From positions 27,788,464 to 27,852,463 of the forward strand of contig NC_043011.1 of the NCBI RefSeq assembly GCF_006345805.1: a stretch of DNA of 64,000 bases. Direction: 5' to 3'. A program made the position numbers and the translations under genes. The notes under the pieces are model-generated. The model made no database searches. It worked only from the letters and a program-made list of their open reading frames with translations, and was not told the origin of the DNA. Below are positions 11,447 through 25,170 of the stretch, one piece after another (position 1 is the stretch's first letter; each line of letters starts with the position of its first letter). This DNA is from Octopus sinensis. Its lineage: Eukaryota.

Positions 11447-13560
11447 TCTCCCCTTTTGAGATTTCGACTACAGTGAGTAAGAAAAATTTATTTTCCTTTT
11501 CTTTTTTTCCTTTTCAGCATCTTTCCGTCATCGTTTTTTTAGCTGTTGTATTTTAATTGTTGCCCAACTTTGAAGAGAGTATTGTTCGTTGCACACAGCA
11601 CTTTTTCTTTTCGTTGTACTAAGCACCCCAGTTGGTACTTTCCCGTTTTTTTTTTTTTGAAAATCTAATATATTTTTCGTTTAGATATTCAGTCTGTTTT
11701 CTTTTTCTGAAGCTAGTTCTATGGAGTTCAATATCTCTCGGTGCTGGCACGTCAAACATATCATATTACACTTCGTTTTTCAGTATGTCGAAACTTTAAC
11801 TGGTTAAGGTTTCTCTTTTGTTCCTAATGTTGTCCTTTAATTCAATACATCATGTTACCTAATCTTTTGATTACACAGTCATCCCCCCAGCCTTCTTGAT
11901 CATTTTGTGGTTTTTAAATTGAAATTTATGTCCTACTTCGAAATGTTTTGTAATATTTCTTGTATTTCCTTTAAATGTATTTTTTGTCTTCCTTTCATAT
12001 ATATTTTATTTTACACGGGAACATGAACGCTGCTGGTGAATTTCCTAAGTTAGTATTTGGATTTGGCGTTATTCTATATACTATCAAATATTTCGTTAAT
12101 ATCTCGCCATTATCTAGTTCGTTCCTAGCTTTTATTAGAGCTCTTTTGAACGTGTCAACAAAACTTTCCGCCCGCTCACTTGACCTCGGGTGGTAGGGCA
12201 GGGTAAAGATGTGCTTCATGGCATATATTTTTCAGAAAGTTCTGAATTCATATCCCGCGAATTGTGTTCCGTTATCTGAAATTAACGTATCTGGAACACC
12301 GTCTCGAGCAAATAACTTGTGCAGGAAGTTTATTGTTGTCTTTGATGTGAGTTTATTACATCTGTATAACTCTGGCCACTTTGTATAGCTATCCACGACA
12401 ATTGAATAGTATGTTCACTGGTCCAGCGTAGTCGAGATGTATTATGAACCATGGGCTCTCAGTCTTAGTACATAGACCTAGTTCGTCCGAGAGTACTTGT
12501 AGAGACATTTTAAAATTTTCTCTATAATTCTTCAGACGAATTATTTTTAGAAGGAGAACCATTTACCCTTTTACAATAGAGATTTATGGGGAGATCCCAT
12601 AAATCGAATAATTCTAATCAATCAGTACCTAACACGTCGATTGTATTTTCGACGACGAAGACATTCGCCTTGCATGTTTTCCCTCGAAATGTGACATCAA
12701 TTCATATTTCGCCTATGAAATGCAATTTGTGGCCAGTCACGCTACGAGCAGATTCGGTCTTTTTCTCAAAATAGGTTTCCCTCTTTTCTTCTATGTGTCC
12801 ATTTTTATTATTGAAATAACTCCAATTGAAGATTGATATGTATTCCATTTATTTTTATGTGCGAATTTTCTCATGTGGGAGTCGATTTTTATTTCCGCTG
12901 AGAGCACTCTAGGCTTTTAACGTTTGACCTTCGTAATTTTGATCTACAGTGTGAATTCTTGTGACCAATTCTTTAGCATCTTTAACATTTTTGATTTTTG
13001 ACAGTCTTTTTTCTGAAAGGAATGCCCCCACACCCATAACATGGATTAGCACATGCCGCTCATTTTGGTTGTACTTTTCCGGTTGGCATATCTGTATTTT
13101 TGAAGAATCCTTTTCTTGAATTTTTCTACATCGTGTTCCTTGGGCATTTTTCTGACATGGACTGTAAGGTTAGATCTTGGTTCACTGGTTCCAATTTAGA
13201 AATAATTCTTGCTCGAATTTCTGTATCTTCGCTTGCTGTAAGGCCTTGTACGAAAATAAGACAATTGAACATCTCAGTTCTTTGAGTTTAGATCTTTCAC
13301 ACATCCTGTTGACTGTTCTTGCATATGTGATAAAATCATCATTCGCTTTTTTCGTAATGTTCCAACACTTTATTCGAATGTTAAATAGAGAAGTTTTATT
13401 ACCGAATATTCTATTGTTTCTTTAAAATAATTTTTATTAGGTTTTGGGGCAATATGAAATTGCAGTAAAGTTCATGCTCTAACGGAGTTAATTTTCACAA
13501 TAACAATCTCACTTTTTGTTCGCCCGGCCATGATTTGCAATCTTGTTTTAAAATCTCCAC
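11180..13560 (-). mobile_element. Gypsy-type LTR retrotransposon relic (gag-protease-integrase, RT/RNaseH deleted, 3' LTR only)
   Basis: Degenerate knuckle CYGCG near 13040; protease-like VFVVENTIDVLGTDW; integrase PWFIIHLDYAGP, VVDSYTKWPE, ISDNGTQF, PYHPRS..RAESFVDTFKR; PPT and LTR downstream. Confidence 0.85.
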
Positions 13561-13979
13561 GTACCTTCTGTAGTACGATGCAAATGTTATAACCTCCTCT
13601 GGGGTAAAACTGAATTCATTAATCGAGTTCCAAACGGTGAAAACTTACCTCATGTTTGAACTTCTTACAGTAAAATGTCTTTTACTGATGAAGTCTAAAG
13701 TATATTCTGGTGCTGATGAGGGCGCCTACTTTATATGATACAATGCAAATTTTGCATCAACCTGATTAGCAAGGTAGATAATTAAAGATAAGACAGTCAG
13801 GCATATATACGCGTACTCTCACATATTCACAGATATGTCTATGTGCATATGTGTATTTATACATACACACACATGTATATGTGTGTGTGTGAGTGTGCGA
13901 GTGTGTGTGTATGCGCGAACGCGAAAGTTGCACCATTGCATATTAAGTTTGAGTTTTCATCACTAGAGAAAACAAAATG

Positions 13980-15110
13980 GAAATATTTGTCGTAAGATTA
14001 GATTATACGTGAGAAGAAAATGAAAACACTTTCTGGACAACTATTTAAAAAAAGTTTTGGAATTTATCAGACAGATGAACTTCAAGTATTTAATAACATA
14101 TTTCACCCAGTCATTAGATTCACAATAGAAGCCACTAAAATATAATTACCTTCTTTGATGTCCACATAAAACTATATAATATCGAGATTGTAAGAGATAA
14201 ATTCAACAAAAAGACGGAATCACATCATTTGATTTTCTGATTCTGTTGCTTATACATTAAGTGGAACATTTCTTGTCGCCTAGCCAAATAGAAAATATAT
14301 GGGTGATACTCCTCGATGAAATTAAAGGCTCTCAGGAATAAAATGGCAAAGAAACTAGCCATAACTTAACACAGGACTTCTTGAGAAATATTGATAATTA
14401 TATCTTTTGGTTTGTAAACATTCATGATATAGGAAGGTCGAAAATATATGCTACCATTAAGGCAAGTCTATAATAGGACAAAATTTATCATGTTAGTACA
14501 AAATTTATCATGTTTACTCTCAACCGAAGTAAGGCACTATAACCTCACCACCTCCTCCTGGCCCAATAAGAAAAAAGGGAAAAAGAAAGGAAATGTCTAA
14601 TCAAAGAAAGCACTAACACCAATGAACATCAACCAATGAATTCTTTCTAACGGCAAATTCGTACAAGGAAATAATTTCAAATTTGCCGTCAAAACGTGTA
14701 CTTAGCGAGTATAAATCATGAACTGCAGATAACTCTAACTGTTTGTAACCTAGTACAGAGACGAAACTCACAAATCTTTGAAACTAATGCTGACATGAAG
14801 AGAAAGGTAGAATATTTGATATAACGCATAACCTGTCAATTGAAAACAAAATCTGTGAGACCGCTAATTTTTTGTACGTCAGAACAAATGAACGACAAAT
14901 GGCACAACAAAAGCTAAGGAAATTCTCATTTATTGTAGTTAAAAATTACAGGAATATTACATATAAATGTTCACTGGGAGTTCCACATTAACGGAAAGAT
15001 GTGAAAAAATATTTTAACACCAAATTTCCTTTGAATTTGAGCGGATTACAGTTCTACTTGAAGAATCATAAACAGTAATGTTCTTTAAGAATAAAGTTTA
15101 GAAATACATC
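13980..15110 (+). mobile_element. Highly degenerate Penelope-like RT/EN relic
   Basis: Remnants resembling LPFLDV and ..HHYL.F.SC..YIKWNI..CLA, plus a downstream EN-like region; many stops. Confidence 0.35.
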
Positions 15111-15732
15111 ATATTTAAATGTCGAGAAGTCTGCAACAAGCAACAGTGATATAGTCAAATGACAATATTCTAATTGATCTTTTTTCAAATGATAATATTT
15201 TTATAGACAGTTATTTGTTATCAGTAAACAGTGCTTAAAAAAATTTTGACATTTGTCATTTATTAATTTGTCGCATCTAAGCTGATATAAATTATTAATG
15301 AAACCATATTTGATTTACCTCAGCACGCGCAGGCTCCAGGCCATTACAACACTTTAATTTGAAAATGAGATTCTGAAGGTCTAATGGATTTAAATCCACA
15401 GATATAAGATATAAAGAAATAAGGAAATAAGATATAAAGAAATAAGGAAATATAAAACATCGTTAATAATAAAGCTTAAATTTCAAAATACTCGTGTTTT
15501 TAATGTGATATATTAAAAAAAAGAGATATTATAATATTGCACGATAGGGATGTTATGTTATAACATGAGTGTGTATGTGTGCATGTGTGCATGTGTGTGT
15601 AAACAGGGAAAATGTATGTTCCCCATTTACATACACACACAGACTTACACAAACACACATACATAAAATATTCATATATATGCGTCTTCATATGGACATG
15701 TATATATATATATATATATATAAGTGTATGTA

Positions 15733-15843
<111 letters not shown>

Positions 15844-16742
15844 AATATGTATGAATATTAAACTATTTCTGGATAATATGTTTTCCTCCCTCTATTGTGG
15901 TAAAAGTTTTGCATATACTCAAAAGTATTCATACATTTCTATCATTTTATAATATTCTTCTTAATAATCTTCTGAATAACCCTAAACTTTAACTGCATAC
16001 AATATAGCAACATTGTTTAAAATATTTAACTATAATGCTACATGATAAGACTTCCCCTGTTTCATTTTAAATGGTCTGCTAGTGCGCGACCCCCTTAATT
16101 GTTAGCTAGCATCTTGTTTTAAGTTTTCCTTTACCAAACCTCATGATATTGCTTCCAATAAATCTTGATTTTTATGACTATACCAACTATTATGTCTATC
16201 TGCTCCCTCAGCCCTACCCCTAAAAGATACTTCCCCCTGTTCTCTCAGCCTTAGATATGCAAGGATTTAGAACTGACTACATAAAAACAAAAGAAATCAG
16301 TGACAGGCAGAGTCTGTAACAATGTATAATCTTCTTGATAACTTAGTAACTTCTATGCTGCAGTGGAGACAGCATGTTGTTTGTCCATCTCCTTAACTTC
16401 TTGGTGATTTTAAGTATAATTATACTAATGTATCCATCTGTTCTAATTTAATTACTTTCTATGTCTTTGTGCAGCTGAGGATTGCTCTGCATTTTAAATT
16501 GATGTAATGATTGCATTGTTCAATTAAATGGAGTTGCACGAAACGATCGTACTGCATTACTTCTGTATATTCTTGGTTATTTTGATATATATTTATATAT
16601 ATATGCATATGTCTGTATGTGTGTATGTCTGCGTATATCCACGTATGTGTTTATACACACACATACACATATGCGCACACACACATATATATATATACAT
16701 ACATATATACTTATGCATGCATATGTATAAATAAATAAATAA

Positions 16743-16789
<47 letters not shown>

Positions 16790-16886
16790 TATGAATATCT
16801 ATATGTATGCATATGCATGTATTATATATATATACACGTACATATATGTGTATATAAATATGTAAAAGTACATGAAAGTATGTATG

Positions 16887-16940
<54 letters not shown>

Positions 16941-18554
16941 CTGTGCGTGCGTGCATGCTTGTGTGTAATTTAAATAATTTCACACGCTGTCTTCGCTGTT
17001 ATAGGCTGATACTTTTTACAAGAAAATTTATCGGCTTTTAAATTTACATATGATGCGAACTTAACCGATAATTATCTCTCTAGCATACAACGCTCCGCTT
17101 AATTACAGCTTTTGAGAGATTTTTTTCATAATCATACAATCATGTAGTTGAATCAAAGAAATTCTTACATTATGTTGAACCAACGTTCTAGTAATTGAAG
17201 GCTAACGATAGAAACAATAGAATTAATTATGAATGGACTCCGGCGTAAAAGATATGAGTTTTGAAAGGAAAATTTGACTACATATTTTATAACATGCTAC
17301 TTTAGTTAATGTTTATTTATTGCCTCTCTGAACCATATGTAATTGTACACATTCAAATTAATATGAAATTGCTGATCTTTATCAAAAGCCTTCAAAAGTG
17401 ATGCGCAGAAGAAGATGGAACAACCCTAATAATTTGTACATTTAAATCAAAAACGTAAAAACTGCAATGCTATAAATAAAACAAGCATTGATTATAGTTT
17501 GTCATCTTTCATAATTACTTTTCTTTCATTTCCGTCTTGCATTGTTTTCTTTATGCTTCCAACTTCTCTGTGATTATTTCTTTTCTCTATATTTAACGAA
17601 ACACAAAAAATTGCCCAACGTAATTATAATTTTTCTTTTGAAATTCAAAGCAGTATCCCTAACAACGAAGCTGACGTAATCGAGAATTGAGAATTAGCAT
17701 ATGTATATACAGGAAAAACAAAGCCAACGCTTCAATATAGGCAGGGATTGAGGACTACCATAACGTTTCAGATGTTAGTCATTCATCGGAGTAAAAGATA
17801 GGAAGAAGAATCATGACAACGAGGTTAGATAATCAGTAAAGAAAGGAAGCGAAGTTTAGGAATAGGGAATGCTGTTCTGTATAGGGTGATATGAAAAGAT
17901 ATTTGTTACTTCAAATATCAGAATGTTTTTCTACATCTCAGAGTGTGCATAATAGGGCGTGGTGCGCATTTCCGTGTGATGCATGTCGGTTCATAGAAGT
18001 TTGCAAGTGTGGCCCCATAGCGGTGTTCGTTAGTTGGGAGTTTAGCATGATGCTATGTAACTCTTATGTGATGGTGTTAAACAAAGAGCATGAAAAGGTG
18101 ATAAGATTTGCGAATATGTGGAATAAATTTTCTGACAAAGCATAAGGGATGGCGAGTGTAAAGTGGGTGTTACTGCGTGTATATATATGTATGTATGTAT
18201 GTATGAATATATTTTAAAAAGCTGACATTTCGTCGTTTACGACAACGAATGTACCAGCTCATCAGATCAACGGAACACCTTTCTCGTGAAATCTACGTGC
18301 AAGTGGCTGAGCGCCCCAAAGATACACGAACCCCTTCACATAATTCAGCGTGACTCATAGAGTAACAAGGCTGGCCACCTGAAATACAGGTACTACACAT
18401 TTTTGCCACGCGAGCAGACTGGAGCACCGTATAATAAAGTGTCTTTCTCAAAGAAACAACGCACCACCGTGAATCGAACTCGTGACCCTACGATCGTGAG
18501 CCGAACATCCTAACCACTGAGCCACTCGCCTTCACGTATGAATATATACATACA

Positions 18555-18617
<63 letters not shown>

Positions 18618-19008
18618 ATGCATATATATATATATATCCTGCTTATAATTATTCGTCATGAATGTTAGTATGTGAAAGTGAAAAGAATGCTAGAGAAAGA
18701 GAGAGAAAGAGAGAGAGTAAGAGAAAGAGAGAGGGGTGGGAGAGAGTAAAATAGAAAAAGAAAAGAATAATATGCTTTTGAAAACACATTAGTATTAGTA
18801 GCATCGGTGGGAAAGACGGATGATTGACAAGAAGAATTATGAATATTGAAGCGAGTCGAGAATTGTGGAATACATAGAGACCTGAAGTGGTTTTCTACGA
18901 TTAAGAAATGAGAATTTTGCGTGTTTGCACTCTACGACGCATCAAACGTATGAATATACACCCCCATACGCACATATAAACAGACAGACACACACACCAA
19001 GACTCACA

Positions 19009-19053
<45 letters not shown>

Positions 19054-19062
19054 GTATATATA

Positions 19063-19102
<40 letters not shown>

Positions 19103-19170
19103 CGAATGTGATCGTTGCCACGCACGCAACTCTCGGATCTATTAATATATTCCATACATATATACACACA

Positions 19171-19204
<34 letters not shown>

Positions 19205-19287
19205 CATACATATATACATATGTATGTGCATATATATATATATTTATATATTTATATATATTTATATATATATATATATATGTATGC

Positions 19288-19340
<53 letters not shown>

Positions 19341-19359
19341 ATATATATATATAGTTAGT

Positions 19360-19413
<54 letters not shown>

Positions 19414-19556
19414 TAGATAGATAGATATCAGAAAAGGTTGAGTTCTATTTCGTCCTTTACCAGGGGGGTTCCAAAGGTCGATTTCTAATAAAAATTATTC
19501 ATATTGTATTTTTCGAATATGAAAATGTTGCAAGTATAAGGTATGTTACAATCAAT

Positions 19557-20312
19557 TATAGAACACATATCCTATAGAAACTCAACAAACAATTGAATAT
19601 TGAGAAGAGGTGTTAAACATTTTTTAACGAATTTAATCCATGCATACAATCGTTTCGAACGGTAATATTAACATGTAAATGACATGTTAAAAATATTAAA
19701 AATTAATTTAGTTATAATTATAATTAAATTAGTTACACATTACTGTTCTTCTCATTGCGAAAAATGAATACATAAAAAAATGCATCTGAAAAATATCATT
19801 GTTACAGAAGAGTAGATGGAGTCAGTGTCACATAACATATTCGGGTATATATAATATCCTTATGAAAGATTAAAACATGCTAAAATAGTGCTGTTTAGTC
19901 TTGTTGTGTATGAACTATAACTGAGAACAATTACTGAGTTATAGTTCATAGACAACTAGATTCAACAACACTATATTTTCATGTTTTTATCTTTCATAAG
20001 GATATTGTGTACATCCGAATATGTTATGTGACACTGACACCATCTACTCTTCTGCAACAAGATAATATTTTTCTGATGTATTTCTTTTTTGAGGTATTCT
20101 TTTTCGCTCTGAGGAGCCCAGTAATATGTAATTAATTTAACTATAATTATAATTAAATTAATTTCTGATTCCTTTTAACATTTTATTTACATGTTAATAT
20201 TACCGTTTGAATCGATTGTATGCATGGATTAAATTCTTTTTAAAACTTTTATCACCTTCTCTTCTCCATCTTTAATTCTTTGTTGAGTTTCTTTTCGATA
20301 TGTGTCCTATAA
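19557..20312. repeat. Diverged ~750-bp palindrome (foldback)
   Basis: Centre tatgaactataact...agttatagttcata near 19930. The arms align as reverse complements for ~370 bp. Confidence 0.85.
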
Positions 20313-20325
20313 ATGCTCGTAATAC

Positions 20326-20421
<96 letters not shown>

Positions 20422-22301
20422 GCATGTATGTAGTATGTATTTGCATACTTACATAGTTGCAAAAAGGGGGAGAGATAAGGAAACTTGGTACGTTAAATTG
20501 CATAGTTTCTGTAAAACAATGCCAAAGATTTTTAATATTCGTTAACTAAAACATAAATTTTGCCCAGTAATGCTTAAAATAAAATTAATGAAGATATTTA
20601 TAAATAAGTTCTGAAATATTTTTTGATGAAGATATTACCTGCATATATTTACGCAGCTACTATATAACGGTACTGCTTGTAGTTGTATTTGTGCGCATAT
20701 GGGAATTGTTGACACGTAAAGTATACTTATGCTTCGTTGATTACGAAGAAAATTACACTAATGCCAGTACACACTCAATATAATAACACATGTCCAAGTT
20801 CTGTAATAATACTTGTTGTTTCTTTATAATAATATCTTCTAAAAGTCATAAAGTAAAAGCATTGCGAGCGATGGTAAAGTTTTGAATATATTTCCGTAAA
20901 AAATACAGGTGTAGAGAACATATATGGCTTTTGAAATTGTATTCATTATACGGTAAAACGGCGATAAATATGAAAGATAGAAGGAAAAAATTAAGAATTG
21001 CATGTTGAATGATTATGAAAAGCGTGTGGTTGAAAGGAAATGCAAAGCGTAGAGAAAATAAAAAAAAAGAACAATTTTATTACAAAGGACGTAAAATATG
21101 CAATTCAAATGATCCAAGAAATTTGTCAAAGGAAAGAAAATAAGAATAATGAAGAAAAATGGAAATATTATATCCGCAGAAAACCGTGACAGCAAAAATA
21201 AATAGAATTTAAGGAGAAAATTGTAGAACGTGGATTATAATGCCTACATTGTAACTTTTCTTATAAGTAAAAATCACGCTATTAACGTTCGCAAACAAGT
21301 GGTAGCAAAATAAGTACCGATTAATATTTGAGAGAATCGATTAACTAAATCTGGAGTTAGTACAAGTCTAACGCAGACTCTCAGGACACTGAAGCCGCAA
21401 TATCAGTTTGCGGGTACCTTTCACAGTGTAGTATTAATATATTTTTCTATTTCCTTTAATTGTTTGTGTAGATGTAATAGATGTTGTTCAATTTGACCAC
21501 CCCTGGTTCGCAAAAACTCAGTCATTCGCAAGAGTTTGCAACATGGGATTCCTTGTAGTTCATTACAGCTGCCTACTTTACATTTTGGAGAAATATTTTC
21601 GTTATACATGCTCATAGATGCTGAAATATTTTCAGAAGATGTAATGTAGGAAGAAGTATTCAACTTTACATTATACATTCGTAATTATCGGCTCGGCTCA
21701 AGTTATTGTATTAGATATGAACTTTAGATACTTATCGATGGATAGATGAGTTTCGACTCCATTAATGATATTAAATAGATACATATTTTGCAGTGCGCTT
21801 ATTAAACTCGCGTCTCTGGAGCAAGCTTAACTTAATACTGAATTTTCTCAATATGGGTTTATAAAGTTTGTACACTGTTGTGATTATGCTCAGTGGAACA
21901 GATAAAGCACAGAAAATCCTCTCCCAGAACGATATTATTTTCTAATATAATAGAACACACCATACATATATACATACAGACGTATATGTACTTATGTGTA
22001 CATATATATATATATATATATACATATATATATGTATATTTTCTAATATAAATAAGAAATATTATTACCGTTATTTATAGTAATAATAAGGTGGCTGGCA
22101 AGTTCAAATAGTTCAGGCACAATATAAGATAAATTAGTTTCAATAGGGTATGAAATACCACTTGCTAAAATCAGAGCCAATGCTCCAAAAAGACACTATA
22201 TAACTAACGATAAAGATATATACGAACAGTGCAATGAACATATGAGAAATAGGCCTAACTTTGCGTTGAATACAGCAGCAAGTAATGTATATTTCAATAC
22301 C

Positions 22302-23240
22302 AATTTATTTCCCGCTTTGCATGACAACCATACTCTGCCATCTTCAGTTGAAAGTAACATTTTAACAGCTATTTGTAAAATATTCACTACATTAGCTCGC
22401 GTGCTTTCCATACTTTAAAGGTACCGCTCCATTTAATTAAAAAATATCGTGAACAAGAAAAAATTGGGCCGATGAAGGACAACGATCCTGAAACACGGTG
22501 TCCCTAGATGCAGTTCCGGCGGCCGGGGGTGTTTGTCTCCCCTTCGTATATGTATATAAGGACACAGGGAAAAAATGTGTCAAAGCTATCAGGAGGCGTT
22601 CGATGCTTCCTAGGGCTATACAGCGGTGGTGTACCCCCTACTGTCACGTTCTTGTTAGATTGACAGTATACAACCATTCTATCGCCCCACCACCGTACAT
22701 GTCTCTACGAGAGATTTAGAAATTCAATATTTCTTAATATTACCATTATTTATAGCAATGATATGGTGGCTAACAAGTTCACACCGTTACAGGCACAATA
22801 TAAGCTAAATTATAGGTAGGTATCTTTATCGTGAGTTTTATAGTGGATTTGGGAGCGTTAGCTCTGATTTTAGCAAGTGTTATTTTATACCCAACTGAAT
22901 CTTACAATATATACATATACATTTATGATATATGTACACACAGACACACGCATATATTCTTTCATTCTTTTATTTGTATCAATCATTCGACTGCGGCCAT
23001 GCCGGAGTACCGCGTCTAATCGAAAAAAGCGCCCCCATGACTTATTCTTTGTAAACCTAGTACTTATTCCATCGGTCTCTTTTACCAAACCGCTGGGTTA
23101 CGGGGATATAAACACACAGACATCGGTTGTCAGGCAATGGTCGGGGGCAGACATAGTCACACAAGCATATACATATATATACATATATATATATATATAT
23201 GGTCGGGGGCAGACATAGTCACACAAACATATACATATAT

Positions 23241-23288
<48 letters not shown>

Positions 23289-23901
23289 GTATATGTTTGT
23301 GTGACTATGTCTGCCCCCGACCATTGCCTGACAACTGATGTCTGTGTGTTTATATCCCCGTAACCCAGCGGTTTGGTAAAAGAGACCGATGGAATAAGTA
23401 CTAGGCTTACAAAGAATAAGTCATGGGGGCGCTTTTTTCGATTAGACGCGGTACTCCGGCATGGCCGCAGTCAAATGATTGACACAAATAAAAGAATGAA
23501 AGAATATATGCGTGTGACTGTGTGTACATATATCATAAATGTATATGTATATATTGTAAGATTCAGTTGGGTATAAAATAACACTTGCTAAAATCAGAGC
23601 TAACGCTCCCAAATCCACCATAAAAATTAAGATAAAGATACCTACATATAATTTAGCTTATATTGTGCCTGTAACGGTGTGAACTTGTTAGCCACCTTAT
23701 CATTGCTATAAATAATGGTAATATTACTTTATATTTAATTTTTTCTTGTTCACGATAGTTTTTTTTTAAAATGGAGCGGGACGTTTAAAGTATGGAAAGC
23801 ACGCGAGCTAATGTAGTGAATATTTTACAAATAGCTGTTAAAATGTTACTTTCAACTGAAGATCGCAGAGTATGGTTGTCATGCAAAGCGTGAAATAAAT
23901 T
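22302..23901. repeat. Large inverted duplication centred on (TA)n
   Basis: 22735-~23180 vs ~23290-23726 are near-identical inverted arms. Outer arms are 22302-22465 vs 23737-23901. Confidence 0.9.
22464..22507 (+). ncRNA. Near-canonical type I hammerhead motif with a U4C core substitution (probably inactive)
   Basis: TTGGG-CCGATGA-AGGA-caacga-TCCT-GAAA-CACGGTG-TC-CCTAG. All three stems can form and there is a GUC site, but the core reads CCGAUGA instead of CUGAUGA. Confidence 0.5.
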
Positions 23902-24389
23902 AGAGGCGGCGAGCTGGCAGAAACGTTAGCACGCCGGGCGAAATGCTTAGCAGTATTTCGTCTGCCATTACGTTGTGAGTTCAAATTCCGCCGAGGTCAA
24001 CTTTCCCTTTCATATATATATGTATGATAGACTTCATTCTGTTTCCGTCTGCTGAAATCAGGTGATAAATAAATACAACTCATTAAAATAACTGTTACGC
24101 AATGTAACTTCCCGTTTTTTACAAAGTATAACCAAGATTTGTACTCATACAGAGATTCATCAAAGGACTTTTGATTTTTCTCTGCATGAGCATTTATCGT
24201 ATTTATTTGTATATAAGGCAGTCCCAAATCCACTTACCGGCGTTGTTAGCATGTTAGCTGTATCATAAATATTTCTACTACTACAAACTCATCGTAATTG
24301 GTGATTATCATTGCGGTTTACATCTCTTTGGTTGATATTTAAATTCAAATGTTCGCTAGATCCAGTAGGTGGTTTATTGACCTTTGTTT

Positions 24390-24689
24390 TGCGTGGAGCA
24401 CAGTTGAGTGAGAAACCATCAAAACTCCTTGTAACACCAAACATGAACTAAAGGCAAGGACTGTGGCAGCATTCAACATCTTAAATAAGAAGACAGTTCA
24501 GAAGAGTTGCAGGAGATTCTGAAATCATCTGGAGGCTGTGGGTGAAGCAAATTGTGATTTTGTTGAATAAATTTACTCTTTAGTATTTCAAAATATCTTA
24601 ATGTAATTTTAGAAAATATATCTATTAAAATGAGACGGCAGTATTATATTCATTTTTGAGTAAATTAGACGACAGATTATTCACTGCAT

Positions 24690-24691
<2 letters not shown>
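24390..24691 (+). mobile_element. Tc1/mariner-superfamily (maT-like) transposon 3' end
   Basis: Degenerate C-terminus TPCNTKHELKARTVAAF...KTVQKSCRRF..HLEAV.EAN.DFVE*, then a terminal sequence ending at (TA)n. Confidence 0.55.
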
Positions 24692-24737
<46 letters not shown>

Positions 24738-25130
24738 TCTAGACACACACACAGTGGAAATATAAAATCACGTATCAGTCATAAGCTGAGGTGATTACAT
24801 CGGCTTCTATCCTTTGGCACATAAAATGTGTGACAATGTGCAAATATAAAAATTTAGCTCGTTCGTAAACGTTTCAAGGATGTCGTATTGAATCTGTAAC
24901 AATCATAAATATTTCATGACACATTCTCTGAGAGATAGTGTTGTAATATCTGCTCTAAGCATTCTCTTTACAATTTCATTTAACTATTTATTTGTTTTAG
25001 AAAAATAGTTATTTTTGTTATGTTCTAATGATATCTATTAGCTAGTGTTTTTGATTCTGCTTCTTGACAACTACCTACGTTTCTTGGTCATTAGGAGATG
25101 AAGTTAACTATTACATATTACATCTCTCTT

Positions 25131-25170
<40 letters not shown>

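Noticed and set aside
13680-13730. Two CTGATGA motifs
   Set aside because: No downstream stem II plus GAAA found.
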